From: a virus
Taxonomy: Duplodnaviria; Caudoviricetes
IMG/VR virus record: IMGVR_UViG_3300033388_005412
Coordinates: 128,001-192,000 of that record
Direction: 5' to 3' (one strand)
DNA length: 64,000 nucleotides
Shown here: piece by piece, positions 41,511-51,659 of the stretch
Numbering within the stretch: the first letter of the stretch is position 1
Layout: each line of letters begins with the position of its first letter
Made by a program: the position numbers and the translations under genes
The notes under the pieces: model-generated
The model's input: only the letters and a program-made list of their open reading frames with translations
The model's database searches: none
What the model was told of the DNA's origin: nothing

Positions 41511-43073
41511 TTTATATCTGATGATGCAAAAGGAGATAAATCATGAATGAAACATATTGTCCAAAATGTAAGAATTCATTGAAAAGTGTTGGATTTACCT
41601 GTGCGGGACAGAGTCTATATCACTGTCCTATCTGTGAGCGCTGGTGGGAAATAAAAGAACTTCCTAATGAAGATGAATCAACAAAATAAGGAGGACGAAT
41701 GAGTATTTGCGAAATATGCGGTAACCGGATAGATAAAGCTACAATGGAAAATTATGGAAATACAATAGGAGTATGTCATAAATGTTTATATAAAGAATTT
41801 ACAGTTGAAACAATAACCCGAGCTGATTTAACTGTATTTATTGGTACAGGTGTAAAGAAATTTACTGATAAGGATATGAAACATCTTGCTATGTTAATAT
41901 GTGATTTCCAAGCCGATGAAGGATCATTTATTGGGATAGAACAAATGACTAAAATTGCTCTTAAGCAAATTAAAAGAAAATTGGTATCGCAAAAGGGGAA
42001 AAAATGAATTGGTTATGTTATATTGGTGGTGGAGTTTTAGTTCTTTTATTGTCATTTTACATAAGTACGTTTTTAGCATCAACATTTGTTGAAAATTATC
42101 ATGAAGAGTTGAAACATTTTAAAATAACATACAGAAAACTTTTTATACTTGGTTCTATGCTGATGTGGATATGGATTTGCTGGACATTTGTATAAGGAGG
42201 AACAATGGCTATAATGGGAATCGTGCTTATAATTGCCGGTCTCATAGCAGCTATATTCTGGGTGGTTGAGCTGTCTATGGGTGTTAAAGCCAGTAAAGAA
42301 ATATTACGGAAAGTTAACGGGAATATATTCCGCGGAATATTGGCATGCCCTAAAATTTTATTATCATTTTCGGCGTTTATCATTGATGTTATAGTAACTA
42401 TGTTCTGTACTACAGTATTTATTATAAGCGCCTCAATTCCCGGCATGGCGATTTCATTGCTGATGTCGGATATTATATCAGTGTGGATTTTGTATGAGTT
42501 TAAGGAGGAAAAATGACAAGTGGTATGATTTATTGGTTAACGAGGTTGGACGGAATTGTGACATTTGCCGCAGTGGTCATGGCGCTTTTTACATTGGCGG
42601 CGATAATATTGGGAATTATTGGTGGTATAGAAAATTCTGAAAATACGAAAAAAGCAGCAAAAAAATGCGGAATTATTGCCGTTATTACGGCTATTATAGG
42701 AACGTTTGTGCCAACATCAAAAGAAATGGCGGCGATTTATTTGATTCCAAAAATAGTAAATAACGAACAAGTTAAAGATGTGCCAAGCAAAGGAATGGAA
42801 ATACTGAATTTAAAACTAGATGGATGGATAGATGATATGAAAGGAATAAAGGGCAAGAAATAATGAAAACAGCAACTTTATTAACTGATTATACGATAGA
42901 AAAAGAAGATTTTACTATAACAATAATACCGAAAGGAACTGTTTTATACGAGTGTTATGATGGTGGTGGATTTTCAACCGTCGGCGATGGTGAGATAAAA
43001 AGTGATTATTTAATGACAATAGGACGTGTTTATGTTAACAACAATCCGCATGTGTTTTCAATGGGAGAAACAA

Positions 43074-43586
43074 ATGGATAAAGATGAAAAAATTGAATAT
43101 TTAAATGACCAAGTGGTTGATTATCAACACGAGGTTCACATGCTTAAAGAGAAAATAAAAAAAATGGTTAAAACATTATCTGAAAAAGGATTAAAAGTCA
43201 GTAAAAAAAGATTCAATAATAACGGAGACGGCACGGTGACAGACACGACAACGGGACTGGTGTGGTTGCGTGATCCTGCCGATTACAACGTTAAGCCACA
43301 GGAATGGCAAGAGGCAATTGACGGGTGTAAAAATTTTAGTTTTGCTGGATACAAAGACTGGCGACTGCCAGCGGCGCAGGAATTGTTTAACATAGTGGAT
43401 TTTACGAAGAAAAAGTATCCGCTGATTAACGACGTGTTCATTTGTCCTGAATACACTTATTGGACAACGCAGGAATATGTGTCACATACTATTTACGCTA
43501 TGCTTATGTATTTTAATACCGGTGGCGCGACCTACTACAATAAGACTAATGCGTTTTTTGTTCGTCCGGTGCGAGGAGATTTGTGA
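43074..43586 (+). CDS. DUF1566 (Lcl C-terminal-like) domain protein with N-terminal coiled coil
   Basis: RFNNNGDGTVTDTTTGLVW...DWRLP...EL...YWT...VRPVR. Confidence 0.85.
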   Translation: MDKDEKIEYLNDQVVDYQHEVHMLKEKIKKMVKTLSEKGLKVSKKRFNNNGDGTVTDTTTGLVWLRDPADYNVKPQEWQEAIDGCKNFSFAGYKDWRLPAAQELFNIVDFTKKKYPLINDVFICPEYTYWTTQEYVSHTIYAMLMYFNTGGATYYNKTNAFFVRPVRGDL

Positions 43587-44126
43587 AATGGGTGAATACG
43601 CTGATGAATTAATTTTTAATGGATTTAGTGATATGGGAGCATCAGATTATTGCGAACAAATACCGTTTGTTATTAACCCATTTTATCGCAAACCAAGAAA
43701 AGCCAAATATGAATATAAAAAAATAGTCAGACAAACTGATAAGGCCTGGCTTATCGAATTTTCTGGTGGTGCCAAAAAATGGTTACCAAAAAGTAAATGT
43801 GATATAGATAAAAAATTTATTTATATTCCAGAATGGCTCGAAAGAAGAATAATTATGATAGAATTACGTAATGAATTACGACGTGGATATATTTGAAAAA
43901 TAAATAAGGAGGTGGAATGTCTAAAACATTAAACTGGATAAGGAAGAAAATTCATTGTCCTTATTGCTGGGACATAATAAATATTAATATTGATATTTGC
44001 CAGGAACCTTTGGCATATAATGAAAAAATAACAGGAGGTGAACGCACATGTCCGAATTGTAAAAGAATAATAACTGATCAGAACCTAAAGCATTGTCATT
44101 TTATCGAAGAATAATAGGGAGAGCGC

Positions 44127-46073
44127 ATGAAAATAATATCAAATTTAATAATTCCTGAATTCATATGTGAAGACGGTATATTGACAAGTTATGAGAAATT
44201 ACATCCGAAAATAAAACAGGATGTGAGAAAACACTGTCAGCATGTAAGTGTACTGACTTACAGACCGTATATGCGCCGAATTTTAGATAATTCATTTACT
44301 GTAATGAAATTCGGAGGATCATTTATCGGCGATGAATATTTAGAATTAGTAAAGAAAGCTAAAACTAAAGGATACATAGCACAATGGAATGTCAAGAGAA
44401 CACATGGCGGCGGCCGAGGTGCTAAATCGTGGGGCAAAATAGAATTTGCCAGAACACAGATTATAGAAGATATCGTTAAAGAACTGGGTTTTCATGAAGA
44501 ATTCATGAGATTACCGATGGGTAAAAGAATGAACCGCATACAGAAAATAATAGGCGAAATGCACGATTTTCAGATAAAGCCCAGAGTTAAAATAGTTGGC
44601 GATATGGACAAATTCGAGGGATTGCTTTTCGGACGCATAAAATGGATGAGGAAAAATGGAATTGAGCCGGGTGCTAAAACAACTTTAGCAACTAAGGGGC
44701 TTATATTCCCGACGCCAAAACATATTAAATGTGATGCTGACTTACTTGTTCCTGCAGGCGAGAATAAATTCGGCTTAAATGAGGAAAAGTTATCCGAATT
44801 AATAAAATGGATACCAAGATTAACGCCGGGATCACTATTCAGTAGAAATCTTAGACGGAAAAATTCAGATATCCTAGGACGAAATCCGCAGGCAAAATGG
44901 GACCTTCAGGCATTTCTTGATTTTATACCTGAAACTGATTTAACGGAACATAAAGCTGTGTTTGAAGGTAAATTAATGAATGATAAAATTGTCGATACAT
45001 TATTCGGATATAAACAAAAAGGTGAAAAGAAATTAAGATTTCATGGTATGCGGTTGAAGGCCAAAGAATCATTATTTCATCCTGAAGTATGGAATGAGGC
45101 AGTTAAAACATTAGAAAAATGGATTAGCAAATCAATGCAGCCTGAAGTAAAAGGGCTTTATGGTGTTGTTATGCCGATAAGTCTGTTGAAAATTATAAAT
45201 GAAGAGAGCCATGAATTTGAGGCGTATGTTACAAGGTTTCCATGGGTTACGCCGATAAGAACAAAAATAGCATTATGGAAAGATATAATATTTGTTCCGG
45301 ATGATTTATGGAAAGCATTCGGCGGAGATTATGATGGTGACCAAGGGGCCGCGTTTTATAAACATACTATGAATACAGGATTATTATGGAAACGTGACAA
45401 AGAATGGCTTAAGCGTATAATGACACTTCCTGAGAAAGAAGATGATGCTTCAAATAAAAGTGAAGATGAAGTTATCGCGATACAACTTGATCAGTACGCA
45501 TATTGCGGACGTATTTATAATAGTGGAAAGATTGTTGTTGACGCGGCGAGAATGGAAGGTTGGGGCCAAAGAGAAATCCAGGAACTGGACATGAAAATAG
45601 CAGCAACTGATGTTCAGCCGTATATAGACGGCTTTAAATATAAAGCCGGTGTAAAACCCTTGAGTGTTTATGAACTTGCTGATAAATATTGTGTGTCAAA
45701 AAAATGTGTTGGCAAAGTGAAAACATATTTTAACGCATTAAGAGGCAGCAAAAGCGGAATAGAACTTGTGGTTGCTCTCTCGAAATTCGCACATCCGGAA
45801 AGTAAAAGTTTCTATGAAAGAATTGTCAGCAAATTTAAAGAATTCCGTAAAGGTGATTATAAGGAAGTTAACAAAATTCCTATTGATATGGAAAAGGCGA
45901 TTAAATATAGTTATGTTAAACACAGAGATGACTTGGACTCAAGATATTTAAGTTTTGAAAAATATTTAAAAACCAATGAACTTATTAACGGCGCTATAAG
46001 AAATTGTTTTGACAGGCGGGATGTCAGAATGGCAAGATTTATACACGAAAAGAAAGAACTTGAAAAATCATAA
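44127..46073 (+). CDS. putative single-chain two-barrel (DPBB) RNA polymerase, copy 2 (648 aa)
   Basis: GAKTTLATKGLI, VTRFP, AFGGDYDGDQGAAF (motif starts ~45321), PYIDGFK; colinear with 19331-21316 over the full length. Confidence 0.75.
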   Translation: MKIISNLIIPEFICEDGILTSYEKLHPKIKQDVRKHCQHVSVLTYRPYMRRILDNSFTVMKFGGSFIGDEYLELVKKAKTKGYIAQWNVKRTHGGGRGAKSWGKIEFARTQIIEDIVKELGFHEEFMRLPMGKRMNRIQKIIGEMHDFQIKPRVKIVGDMDKFEGLLFGRIKWMRKNGIEPGAKTTLATKGLIFPTPKHIKCDADLLVPAGENKFGLNEEKLSELIKWIPRLTPGSLFSRNLRRKNSDILGRNPQAKWDLQAFLDFIPETDLTEHKAVFEGKLMNDKIVDTLFGYKQKGEKKLRFHGMRLKAKESLFHPEVWNEAVKTLEKWISKSMQPEVKGLYGVVMPISLLKIINEESHEFEAYVTRFPWVTPIRTKIALWKDIIFVPDDLWKAFGGDYDGDQGAAFYKHTMNTGLLWKRDKEWLKRIMTLPEKEDDASNKSEDEVIAIQLDQYAYCGRIYNSGKIVVDAARMEGWGQREIQELDMKIAATDVQPYIDGFKYKAGVKPLSVYELADKYCVSKKCVGKVKTYFNALRGSKSGIELVVALSKFAHPESKSFYERIVSKFKEFRKGDYKEVNKIPIDMEKAIKYSYVKHRDDLDSRYLSFEKYLKTNELINGAIRNCFDRRDVRMARFIHEKKELEKS

Positions 46074-46407
46074 GGGTTTACAAATTGGTAAACTCTACTG
46101 TATAGTAAACTTGGAGGATAATTATGTCTATGAAACAGTCAGATGAGACAGAAGAAACAGCAAGTGAGATAATTTTATTAAAGAAACAAATTAACAGATT
46201 AAAAGATGAAAATTTTGAATTGTCAAAATATGTAGTTGGAAATGATAAAGAAACAACAAAAGAATTAATTGCTTATAAAATTAAGTTGCAGGGAAAATAT
46301 GATTTTTTAGTTAAGTTATTTATAGAATTATCAAAAGCGTTTAATTCAATAACTGAGAATGTTAATTTAATTAAGGAACAGTTTTCACAGGAAATTATGG
46401 AATGATA

Positions 46408-46466
46408 TTGCAATAATATGCATTATTTTGCAATAAGGATTTTGTTATTGCAATAACATGCAACAA
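46408..46466. promoter_or_regulatory. phased palindromic operator-like array
   Basis: TTGCAATAA at 46408, 46428 and 46448 (exact 20-nt period); TGCA also at 46419 and 46459; palindrome GTTATTGCAATAAC. Confidence 0.65.
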
Positions 46467-46515
46467 GATTCAAATTGACGGTATAACATTTTTATTATAA
46501 TATATAAATAGAACA

Positions 46516-46810
46516 TTCCCGGTGGGGTGAGACCCTGATGGATGCAGCTCCTGAAATTATGGAGAATACTCAACACCTTAGGATTGTAAAGGTTATAAGT
46601 GTGGGTTGAAATCGCAAAGTCATTTGCTCGGGAATTAGTAGCTCGTTCACCATGTGTGAAAGGAGTACGGATATCGTTTAATTACGATGTCTGATTTTGT
46701 CCCGGTGAGGTTGTACTCTGACGGATTAGACCTTGAAACTATAGGTTATCCTTCCGTGTGATGTTTTAACGTATAAGGTGAAGTTGCGGCCGACTAAGCT
46801 GCCCGGGCTT
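46516..46810 (+). ncRNA. ~290-nt structured RNA candidate
   Basis: No ORF; more GC-rich than flanks; stems GAUAUCGU/ACGAUGUC, GAGUAC/GUACUC, ACGGA/UCCGU, CUCC/GGAG, UUCAC/GUGAA, CCCGG/CCGGG; TTGACG...TATAAT promoter-like element upstream (46475-46501). Confidence 0.55.
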
Positions 46811-46816
46811 TACTAC

Positions 46817-46845
46817 TTGACAACATACCATATAAAATACATAAT
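46817..46845 (+). promoter_or_regulatory. sigma70-type promoter directly before the sigma-factor gene (leaderless)
   Basis: TTGACA-17 nt-CATAAT; ATGs at 46848 and 46854; no SD. Confidence 0.7.
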
Positions 46846-46847
46846 AT

Positions 46848-47534
46848 ATGGATATGAGAACTGTAATAACAATGGGTGAAATGCTTAAGGCCGGAAAGAA
46901 TAAAGAAATGTGTGATATTATTCTTAAACGGATTGAGCCTTTTATGGTATTTATATCAGGAAAGATTTACCATTTTTACGGTGCAAAATATGACAGCAGC
47001 ATATCATTCGACGATATAAAACAATTTGTAACGGTTTCTATGATCATGGCTATTAGAAAATATAATCCTAAAAACTACGATAAGAAGAAAGATAAATCAG
47101 GTAGTAAAAAATATATGAACGGATTCAGTTACATAGAGACGATTGGAAAAAGAATTGTAAGATCATATTATGAATATCAACATAGAAAAAAAAGAATACC
47201 GCCTGAAAAAATAACGAGTCTGAATATAATTATTGATGATTATGGTAATGAACTACAGTCAATATTATGTGAACCCGAAAACGATGATATAGATGTTTTT
47301 AATATCAAAAAAATAGTAAATAAATTTCATGGTTCATATGTCGATAGCGCTGACGAGAGAATGCATTTGTATGATGTAATGAAAATGATAATGATCGATG
47401 ACATGACATATGGTGAAGTTGGAAAAGTTTATAATATATCTAAACAGGCGATGCATAAAATAGTAAAGAATCATATTGTTAAGGAGCTGAAACGTGAAAA
47501 CAAACAACGAACTGCAGAAAATCCTTATATGTAA
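46848..47534 (+). CDS. phage sigma70-family RNA polymerase sigma factor
   Basis: Region-2-like FDDIKQFVTVSMIMAIRKYNP...FSYI; region-4 HTH MTYGEVGKVYNISKQAMHKI. Confidence 0.75.
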   Translation: MDMRTVITMGEMLKAGKNKEMCDIILKRIEPFMVFISGKIYHFYGAKYDSSISFDDIKQFVTVSMIMAIRKYNPKNYDKKKDKSGSKKYMNGFSYIETIGKRIVRSYYEYQHRKKRIPPEKITSLNIIIDDYGNELQSILCEPENDDIDVFNIKKIVNKFHGSYVDSADERMHLYDVMKMIMIDDMTYGEVGKVYNISKQAMHKIVKNHIVKELKRENKQRTAENPYM

Positions 47535-48502
47535 TTTACATAAGTATAAAAACGAATGTAAAGAACTTTTATCAGACGTAATGTCGATGTGGTTATATGA
47601 AGATCCCATATATAGATTCTATCATCATAGTTTTAAGGTATTCTGGATGCAGGACACAACAATTAGAATTGTTAAAATATTAATAAAAATATCTCCGAAC
47701 AAAGAAATGAATAAAATGTTTTTGAAGATTATAAAAAAAGGGACTGGAAAACGTTTCACACGTAAAACAAATGAAAACTGGGACCGGGAAACTCGTTCGA
47801 TACTAGAGGCATTTTTTCATGCTAAATTCTTTTTAGAAATGTGTGTGAAATACAGTAAAACAAAAAAATCCCAGACTTTACTCGAAAGCGGTTATGCCGC
47901 TTTACTTTATTTATATAACATAAGATAGATATAACGTAAGTAAAACAAAAACACAAAATGGGAGGACCATGTGAAAAACAAAATTAATGAAGTCAAAACA
48001 AATGACATCATTGCAGAATTAAAATGCGGATGTCCGGAACACAAAATCGAGTTTGATTATTGGACGAGCAAAGATAATAAAGAATTCAGAGGAATGAATA
48101 TTTTGATCTACCAGCTGTATGATAACAGTAGTAAATGTCATAGAAAACTTAAACATCCAAAGTTGCTTGGAGATGTTGTTTTACTGGACGATGAAATAGC
48201 GAAATTTATTAAATTCGCTAAGAAAGTTGAAAAAAAATTTGGAAAGGAGAAATAAATGAGTTTATGGAAAATTGGTGTAAAAAAATGTTATAGATGCGGC
48301 GGAATATTTGATAAAAATTATATGAAGATTGTTAAAGACACCTATATATCGTGTGGAATAGAAGGCGAGGAAGTTACTAAATGTAATGATAGATATTATT
48401 GTGATACATGTAAGCCAGCATATGATTTCATTGATAGAACAGAAAATGAGGACGTTTATACAAAGATAGTGAAAGTTGACGAAAAAGGAAACATCCTATA
48501 AT

Positions 48503-48660
48503 ATGGGACAAGTGTCCCATGACATGGGACAAAATAGCAAACCATAGCAACACCGTGGAACGTGAGTAGTTGAGCTGACCACACTCTTCGCGACCTGACT
48601 AGGCGCATATTGATATGCTAAGCGTATGGAGCAAGAAGGCTGACTCGGTTTGCTGATGAA
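48503..48660 (+). ncRNA. possible structured leader or small RNA
   Basis: ATGGGACA/TGTCCCAT hairpin, second ATGGGACAA copy, GC-richer non-coding stretch before SD. Confidence 0.3.
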
Positions 48661-49738
48661 GGAGGGATAATGGATGCACTTTGTGCGCTTTGTGGAAGGA
48701 AAATGGAAACAACTGATGGTATATGTGGTTGTCAGACATACCACGAATGGAAAGATAATAAAATACCACATAAATGTCCGGTGTGTCATGGTACAGGTAA
48801 AGTAGACCGGGGATTTTATTCATCTGATACTGGAGCGTGGTCATCGTCATCAATGGGAAGAGAAATGTGTTTATCTTGCGGCGGTTCGGGGATTGTGTGG
48901 GGGGTGAATGATGAATAAGATCAATGATTATTGGAATACTGAAGTAAAAATACGTTTTATTGATTGGATTGATACAATTGCAGTTATAGCGATTTCCATT
49001 ATTATTGGTGTTTTGGTTGTATCAATTTTAAAATGTGGAGGGTAATATGGAAGCGGATGATTTTAAAGATTTTAATTATCAAGTAGAAGCGGAAGAATAT
49101 GCTCATTGGCTCGACGATTTTGTCTTTGATGTAAATATAATAGCAATTCCAAATTATAAGAATTGGGTATACAGAGTTTATTGGACGTGTTTTTGAAAAA
49201 TTGGGAGTTAAGTAATGGAGGTGAATGATGAAAATAAAATTAACAAAATGAAAATAAAATTAACAAGAACATGTCCAAAATGCAACGGATGGGGAAAAGA
49301 GCGATTATCCAGTATTCATTGCACCATAGGAATTTTATTTGATTGTTCTAAATGTAATGGTGTGAAAAAAATTGAAGAAATTATAGAAATGGAGGCGGAT
49401 GATGACAAGTTTTATATACGGAAATCTTTGGGTTGTTTATTTAGCTATTTGGTTAATAAGTCTAAAAATTTCTAAGTGGCAATATTTTGCTATACTTATA
49501 CCGACAATACTTTTAGTTGGATTAGCAATAGCCGTAAACGGAGGCAAGTAATGGCTAAGCCGAAAAAGAAACAAGTAATTGGATGGATAGAAAGAGACCA
49601 CGATTTTAAATTTTATATGAGCCATTATGTTGGGGGATATAGACTTCACTTACTTATTCATAGAAAAAATCCCAATCCGCGTAATACAACAGAAACAAAT
49701 CATTGGAAAAAAGTTCGTGTAACTATGGAGGATATGAA

Positions 49739-49879
49739 ATGAAAGCAATGTATATGCGTCTTATGGACGAACTCGGTAGAGAGCCAACGGATGACGAAAT
49801 GACAGATGAAAATGCGCGGTTAATTGATAAGGCAAAAATGGATGTGGGTGATGAATTTTTCAAGGAGGTATTGAAATGA
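49739..49879 (+). CDS. small protein, duplicate of 29600-29758
   Basis: About 100 nt of near-identical sequence. Confidence 0.75.
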   Translation: MKAMYMRLMDELGREPTDDEMTDENARLIDKAKMDVGDEFFKEVLK

Positions 49880-51607
49880 AGAAAATATATCTTATAACTA
49901 TTGCACTATTGATTATCTCAAATATTATGGCGTTTCGTAAAGCGGCACACTATAAATCAATATTGAAACAGCATACGCCTTTAATAAATGAGATAAACAA
50001 TAAAATTCGTGTGTTTTATAACGATTATATCGATATATGTGAAAAAGCTGATATTAAATTTGGAGGAAATGATGAATTACAAAACAATGTACAAGAAAAT
50101 TCTGAATCGTCTGAATAAAAATAGAGTTATTCCCGGTATGGAGAACTCGGAGCAGTTAATAAACCAGGCAAGAGCTGCCAAACTCGCCGAATATCTTGAA
50201 GATAGACAAAATCGGCTGAATGAACAATGTGAAGGCTGTTATAAATTCGTGAGAAAGAATATAAGCATTGATGTTTTTCATACACCGTGGGATGAAACGC
50301 CTCATACATATAAGTATTGTTCTGAAACATGTATGGACGAAGATTTATTTGAACGTGATGATTTTTGTTATTTTTACTGTCGTGAATGTGGCCGGGTTGT
50401 TTGTGAACAGAACCCTTCACAGGGATATCAAACTCAAGTAAGAACAATAGACAATGAAAAATATTGTTTAAAATGTTATGAGAAAATAATACTGGAAGAC
50501 GGTATAGATTTGGAAACTTTTGAAGAAGGCAGAATAAGCGGCATGTTTTTTAGCAGCGGAAATCCGGAATTGATTGATGCCGGGTATAGTGAAGTCAAGA
50601 ACGTTCCGGGATTTATTAGGTCACAGGAGTCTATAAATACTTATTGTAAAAAAGCAATTGAGCTTATTAATGATGGATATAAAGTTGTTACAGCATATGA
50701 ACGCATGGGTGTGGGTTTGGAAGGATATGTGACTATGTTCTGTAGGAGGTAACATGAAATTTAAACTAACGGCAGAATTTTCGGCGAAAGATGTTGAAGA
50801 TGCGAAAATAATTGTTATTAAAACATTTGGTTTGCCACCGGAGTTATTCAAGCAAGTTAAATTTGAAAAAGTTAAGGAGAAAAAATGAAATTTAAATTAA
50901 CGATGGAAGATGTTATGCATTGGCTGCTCATATTTAGTGGAACTGTAGTGATAGGTTATGCATCATCGAATATAACATTAACTTGCATTGGAATATTATG
51001 CATACAACTTGGATGGATTGTGAAAACCAAGTTGAAGGCGGATTAATATGGATATAATAATATATGTTTTAGGTGTGGTGTTTTTAATGTTTTTAGTGTT
51101 GATGTTGTGTATATTTTTGCTTTCTTGGTTTATTGAATTTTGTGAATTTTTACAAAGAATATCACAGGTAAAAAAAAGAAAAACGAATGTCCGCAAAGTT
51201 AGCATTGGCGTTGAAAGAATTATTAGAAGTTTGTTACACGGCTGATATGCATGAGGAATTACCAGAATGTATTGATGGTAGTTATTTAGACCAGGCAAAG
51301 AATACACTTACAGAATATGAGGAGAGTAAACAATGAATTATTATTTTCTAGGAAAGGGGTATGGAGAAGAACCGATGCTTGTTAAAATACCGAAAGCTGA
51401 TAATCGTGAAGATGCGAATAAAATAATTGAAAAGGACACGGCAAGACGCGGTTATAACAGCACATTCTGGGACAAATGGGGTGTTATATTATCAATGACT
51501 GAAATGAAATCAATAAAACGTAAAATCGGCGATTTCATTAACGACGCTGGTGATAAAAAATGAGCCATGTAAGTCGTAAACCATACATCACAACGTCGAA
51601 AATATTT

Positions 51608-51659
51608 ATGGAAACAGGAATGGAAACAGGAATGGAAACAGGAATGGAAACAGGAATGG
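51608..51659 (+). repeat. in-frame 12-nt tandem repeat (METG x4)
   Basis: ATGGAAACAGGA x4 within ORF 51560-51826. Confidence 0.9.

Larger units (their letters stand above)
24959..44114 (+). other. long array of small, translationally coupled hypothetical ORFs (accessory region)
   Basis: Dense co-oriented ORFs of 45-190 aa with overlapping stop/start codons and AAGGAGG SD; many CxxC zinc ribbons. Confidence 0.65.

Noticed and set aside
46516-46810. RNase P RNA, tmRNA or SRP RNA
   Set aside because: The hallmark conserved sequences were not found by eye; it is kept only as an unclassified candidate.
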